A DNA stretch of 64,000 nucleotides, taken from positions 3,963 through 67,962 of the forward strand of contig CALMPJ010000203.1 of assembly GCA_937871585.1 (NCBI GenBank). Reading direction: 5' to 3'. This document shows positions 60,715 through 64,000 of this stretch, piece after piece. A program made the translations under genes and the position numbers. Source of the DNA: an uncultured Acidobacteriota bacterium (GTDB taxonomy: Bacteria > Acidobacteriota > Blastocatellia > Pyrinomonadales > Pyrinomonadaceae). A model generated the notes under the pieces. The model worked only from the letters and a program-made list of their open reading frames with translations. It did not search any database and was not told where the DNA came from. Each line of letters opens with the position of its first letter. Positions within the stretch are counted from its first letter, which is position 1.

Positions 60715-61086
60715 CTAGAGCGTTTCTTGTGCGTGCAGCATTTTGCGTGTGCTGTCGCCGAACAAGACCTCGATCTTATGAGCGTCGAGCACGGCCGTGA
60801 CTTCGCCGTGGCCGAACTTGTCATGCATCATCGCTTGGCCTTTTTTGTACGTGCGACTGCGGTCATACGGAGCCGCAACCTTGCCTTTGCCCATGTTCAC
60901 AGAGGTTTTTACACCTCGAGAGAATGTGCTGGCAGTTTCGCACGTCATACACTCCGCTTGCGTGATAGCGCCAAGTTTGGTCACTGCACGAACGACGTGT
61001 TTGGTCGTCGTATCACAAGCCGAACACATGCTATCGATCTCTTGATCGACGGCGAAAGCTTCCTTTTTTCCTTTAGCAATAGCCAT
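60715..61086 (-). CDS. Zinc-ribbon protein with a C-terminal Tudor-like (PcrA/UvrD C-terminal-like) segment
   Basis: CSAC...x27...CMTC, then KKGQAMMHDKFGHGEVTAVLDAHKIEVLFGDSTRKML. Its start codon abuts the helicase stop codon. Confidence 0.45.
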   Translation of the reverse strand: MAIAKGKKEAFAVDQEIDSMCSACDTTTKHVVRAVTKLGAITQAECMTCETASTFSRGVKTSVNMGKGKVAAPYDRSRTYKKGQAMMHDKFGHGEVTAVLDAHKIEVLFGDSTRKMLHAQETL

Positions 61087-62292
61087 TTATCTACGTCTCC
61101 TAGGTCTGAATGACCGTGACCTTCGAGCCGCGGGCGGCGAAGGTTTCTTGTGTGCCGCAGGTGCGGCGTATCCGCCAAAATCTTCGAGAACGACCCGCTC
61201 AACGGCCTGTCCGGTCAGTCTTTCGATCGCACGCATCGAATGTTCCTCAGCGAGCGTGAACAATGTGATCGCTTTGCCGGTCTTGCCGGCACGTCCTGTT
61301 CGTCCGATGCGATGAACGTAATCCTCGGGCAGCTCCGGAATGTCGTAATTGATCACGTGCGAGACCGCATCGATGTCGATGCCGCGTGATGCAACGTCTG
61401 TAGCGACCAGAACATTGGTATGTCCGGCCTTGAACGCCTTGAGCGCCGATTGACGCTGCGATTGCGATCGGTCACCGTGAATGCGATTCGACTTATGATC
61501 GCGTTTCTCGAGAATATGAGCGACGCGGTCGGCACCACGCTTTGTGCGTGTGAACACAAGAACGCGTTCGAGGCCTTCTCGCTCGAGTAAGTCGAGAAGC
61601 AAAGGCATTTTCGACTGAGCATCGACGGGATACGCCATCTGACGAATGTTGGCAGATGCATTACCTCGTCGGCTGACGGCGACATACTCAGGGTCGCTGA
61701 GCATTGTGCTCGCGATCTTTTCGATGTCGTTCGACATCGTCGCCGAGAAGAGAAGTGTTTGACGCTTGGTCGAAACCATCTTGACGATACGCTTCATTGC
61801 CGGAAGAAAACCCATGTCGAGCATGCGATCAGCTTCGTCGAGGACGAGCGTGTCGATGGTCGAAAGGTCGACGTTGCCTTGTTCGATATGATCGATCAGG
61901 CGTCCGGGCGTCGCGATCAAGATGTGCGGCTGACGACGAAGATTCTCGATCTGTGGTCCGTAGCCGACGCCGCCGATAATGGAAACGCATTTGATCGCAT
62001 CCATAGCCATATCGCGGCAAGCGACGTGTATCTGCGACGCAAGTTCACGCGTCGGCGTCAAAATTAATACAGTTGTGCGGTTTTGGCCTTTCTTTGGTTT
62101 GCCAAGTTTGTTTACGATCGGCAGCACGAATGCAGCCGTTTTCCCAGTGCCTGTTTCAGCGGTTGCGATCAGATCTTTGCCGCTTAGCACGATCGGTATC
62201 GCTTGTTGTTGTATAGGTGTCGGTGTTTCAAAACCGAGCGTTTCGCACCGCGTAGCTAAAGAGCTATGCAGTCCTAGTTCATTGAAATTCAT
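61087..62292 (-). CDS. rhlE: DEAD-box ATP-dependent RNA helicase (RhlE-like)
   Basis: Q-motif FETPTPIQ, then AETGTGKT, VLDEADRMLDMGF, SAT, HRIGRTGRAG, and an Arg-rich tail. Confidence 0.9.
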   Translation of the reverse strand: MNFNELGLHSSLATRCETLGFETPTPIQQQAIPIVLSGKDLIATAETGTGKTAAFVLPIVNKLGKPKKGQNRTTVLILTPTRELASQIHVACRDMAMDAIKCVSIIGGVGYGPQIENLRRQPHILIATPGRLIDHIEQGNVDLSTIDTLVLDEADRMLDMGFLPAMKRIVKMVSTKRQTLLFSATMSNDIEKIASTMLSDPEYVAVSRRGNASANIRQMAYPVDAQSKMPLLLDLLEREGLERVLVFTRTKRGADRVAHILEKRDHKSNRIHGDRSQSQRQSALKAFKAGHTNVLVATDVASRGIDIDAVSHVINYDIPELPEDYVHRIGRTGRAGKTGKAITLFTLAEEHSMRAIERLTGQAVERVVLEDFGGYAAPAAHKKPSPPAARRSRSFRPRRRR

Positions 62293-62602
62293 TTAATTTA
62301 CTGAGTTCTCTCTGCCGGCGAGCTGACGCGAAAATAGACAAAGTCCAGATGCTTAGCGAAAGGTCGTCGGTGTGTAATAAGAAGTTACTAACGCGGCAGA
62401 GTCTTCAGTGTAACGGTAGCAAGGAAGGACCTACGTTCGAGAGGCAAGCCGTTAAATTGCCCGGCTGACCGCTTCTATCTGTCATAATGCCCGCTCCGAA
62501 ATTCATCCGATAACGCTTACTCACAGCGAGGGCGTATGCACCGTCGATGAACACGAACGGAAGTTCAATCAATTAGAATATAGTACTTACGGCTTTTTGG
62601 CA

Positions 62603-62639
62603 AACGAAAATGGCAGTCTTGGCCGTAGCCTCGACTGCC
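62603..62639 (-). terminator. Possible terminator after the 150-aa secreted protein gene
   Basis: On the minus strand: ggcagtc-gaggctacggccaa-gactgcc followed by attttcgttt. Confidence 0.4.
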
Positions 62640-62665
62640 TGATGAGATAGGGGGAAGTAGGCAAA

Positions 62666-63118
62666 CTAGGTCTCTTTGACGAAGAATGTCTTATCGGTAT
62701 CCTTCTTGAGTTTTTGCCAGACCGTGTGGGTGACGTTGTGGCGGCCGGCTTTGGTTTTGACGAGTTGAAAGAGCAGATCGCCCTTTTTGAACTCGGAAGT
62801 ACACGGTTCGCTGCTGCCGTATTCGACCGGCATGCAGTTTTCGAAATAGAGCGAGAGCGTGGTGGCGGTGGCTTTGGGCGTGAGAATGTATTTGTTGTAC
62901 GTGTCGGAGTTTTCGCCCTCGGTATAGACGACGTAGCGGCCGCCTTCGGTCTCGCCAAACTCGATCTTTGCCCACATAGACATCGAACGATTTCCCTCAG
63001 CGTTCATGCTGGAGACCATGCCCTCATAAGTGCCGACCCAGGAAACCGGAAAGGCCTGAGCGTTTGCGGCAACGGCGAGAAACGCCGTGATCAGTGAAAT
63101 GTAGATCAGTTTTTTCAT
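62666..63118 (-). CDS. Secreted hypothetical protein (150 aa)
   Basis: Signal peptide MKKLIYISLITAFLAVAANAQA. The track ORF is trimmed to the ATG at 63118. Confidence 0.5.
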   Translation of the reverse strand: MKKLIYISLITAFLAVAANAQAFPVSWVGTYEGMVSSMNAEGNRSMSMWAKIEFGETEGGRYVVYTEGENSDTYNKYILTPKATATTLSLYFENCMPVEYGSSEPCTSEFKKGDLLFQLVKTKAGRHNVTHTVWQKLKKDTDKTFFVKET

Positions 63119-63119
63119 G

Positions 63120-63656
63120 TTATTTGTCCTTGTCGTAACGTTTTCCGTTAAAGCTATAGCCGTAAACGCGGCCCGCGATGTCGCACGAACCTTGCTTGCG
63201 AGCAATGAGTTCGAGCTTTGTAGTATCAGCTGCGAACGTGTAAAAATACGCGATCTCGATCTTTTCGCTGAGCGAAGATATCTCGGCGGGCGATGCTTTG
63301 AGTATCTCGATCACGTCGCTTTTACCCAAAGGTTTGATCACGCGAGCCGTAACGTCGCTCCACTTGCTGGCTTTGAGCGAATAAAATTTGAGTTCGCTGG
63401 CGTCGCAACTGCTGACCGTCAGGCCAACTATCGTTTCGCCTTTGGCAGAAGACACGAGCTTGAGTTCACCTTTGCTGCCGCCGGCGAGCGAGAGTTCGAG
63501 TAGGCTGCCTTTGTCTTCAGTAATGGACGCGGTTCGCTGTTCCGACGTCATCTTGATCATTGGTTCGGGCAGCGACATATAGAGATCGCGTGCATTTTGG
63601 CCAAAGATCGAGCAGCTCGCAGCGAGTGCGAGAATTAGAATTGCTGTGAATTTCAT
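63120..63656 (-). CDS. Secreted hypothetical protein (178 aa)
   Basis: Signal peptide MKFTAILILALAASCSIFGQ. It shares motifs with the next, partial gene (KFYSLKASKWSDVT versus KFWSVANGKWSDFT). Confidence 0.5.
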   Translation of the reverse strand: MKFTAILILALAASCSIFGQNARDLYMSLPEPMIKMTSEQRTASITEDKGSLLELSLAGGSKGELKLVSSAKGETIVGLTVSSCDASELKFYSLKASKWSDVTARVIKPLGKSDVIEILKASPAEISSLSEKIEIAYFYTFAADTTKLELIARKQGSCDIAGRVYGYSFNGKRYDKDK

Positions 63657-63662
63657 GGTTGT

Positions 63663-64000
63663 TTACTTCCTGGTGAACTTAGTGCCGTTCCATGACCACT
63701 CAGCGAAAACGAAGTCGTCAGCGCCTTCGTCCGTGCATTCGTTGCAAGCGGCCTTTATCGTCGTGCCTTCGCGGGGCAGCAGATAATAGAACGAGAAGTT
63801 GTCAGTGGTCGCGGTCTCGTCGTCGGCAGATCTTATGGTGTTGAACAATTTCGCAGCCTCAGCGTCTTTTAGTTCGGCAAAGACGGACTTTGTAAAGTCG
63901 CTCCATTTGCCATTGGCGACGCTCCAGAATTTTATCGAACCGGTGCAAGCCGGGCCGCAGCCTGTTTCGGCTTGACCGACAATGTAGCTGCCGTTCGTTC
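63663..64000 (-). CDS. Paralogous secreted protein, partial (the 5' end lies beyond the window)
   Basis: The minus-strand frame stays open from 63663 to the window edge (…TNGSYIVGQAETGCGPACTGSIKFWSVANGKWSDFTKSVF…). The track lists only the last 61 aa. Confidence 0.45.
   Translation of the reverse strand, partial: TNGSYIVGQAETGCGPACTGSIKFWSVANGKWSDFTKSVFAELKDAEAAKLFNTIRSADDETATTDNFSFYYLLPREGTTIKAACNECTDEGADDFVFAEWSWNGTKFTRK

Noticed and set aside
62293-62602. The long untranslated region upstream of the DEAD-box helicase, considered as a cold-shock-type structured leader or an ncRNA gene.
   Set aside because: This is plausible by analogy with csdA/cspA leaders. I could not identify a cold-box or any defined structure by eye, so it is mentioned only within the helicase finding.

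Overview
Chromosomal window from a moderate-GC bacterium. The gene content suggests Acidobacteriota or a related soil phylum, by inference only and without any search: a DUF1800/DUF1501 pair, many secreted FG-GAP/VCBS, delta-60, PATR and beta-helix proteins, a TPR-CHAT protein and a REP-associated transposase. I can support about 60 protein genes and two tRNA-Ser genes, with no rRNA, CRISPR array or prophage. Recognisable housekeeping genes are nrdR, gyrA, ruvA/ruvB, rex, dnaX, tadA, aqpZ, an IMPase (suhB-like), accD, folC, gpmA, uvrA, infA, a DEAD-box helicase and plsC.

Most interesting, in order:
1. A compact bacterial-microcompartment locus (33960-36261): a class II aldolase, one BMC-H, three translationally chained BMC-P genes and a Cys-rich 98-aa protein. 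No aldehyde-dehydrogenase/PTAC core and no BMC-T lies nearby.
2. A sigma / anti-sigma / clostripain-like C11 peptidase / TPR-CHAT operon (1-5630), pairing two caspase-fold proteases with a dedicated ECF-like switch.
3. An A9 slippery run in dnaX with stops in both alternative frames, which predicts tau/gamma production.
4. An exported subtilase with an N-terminal module that reads like a degenerate Clp/Hsp100 AAA+ core, plus selected GLLVSD hexapeptide arrays.
5. A RAYT transposase bracketed by ~85-bp inverted REP-like repeats.
6. A family of intergenic palindromes whose arms are short tandem words.
7. An apparent split between Shine-Dalgarno-led secreted-protein genes and SD-less housekeeping genes.

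All calls come from reading the sequence and the ORF track by eye. No HMM or BLAST search or folding was run.
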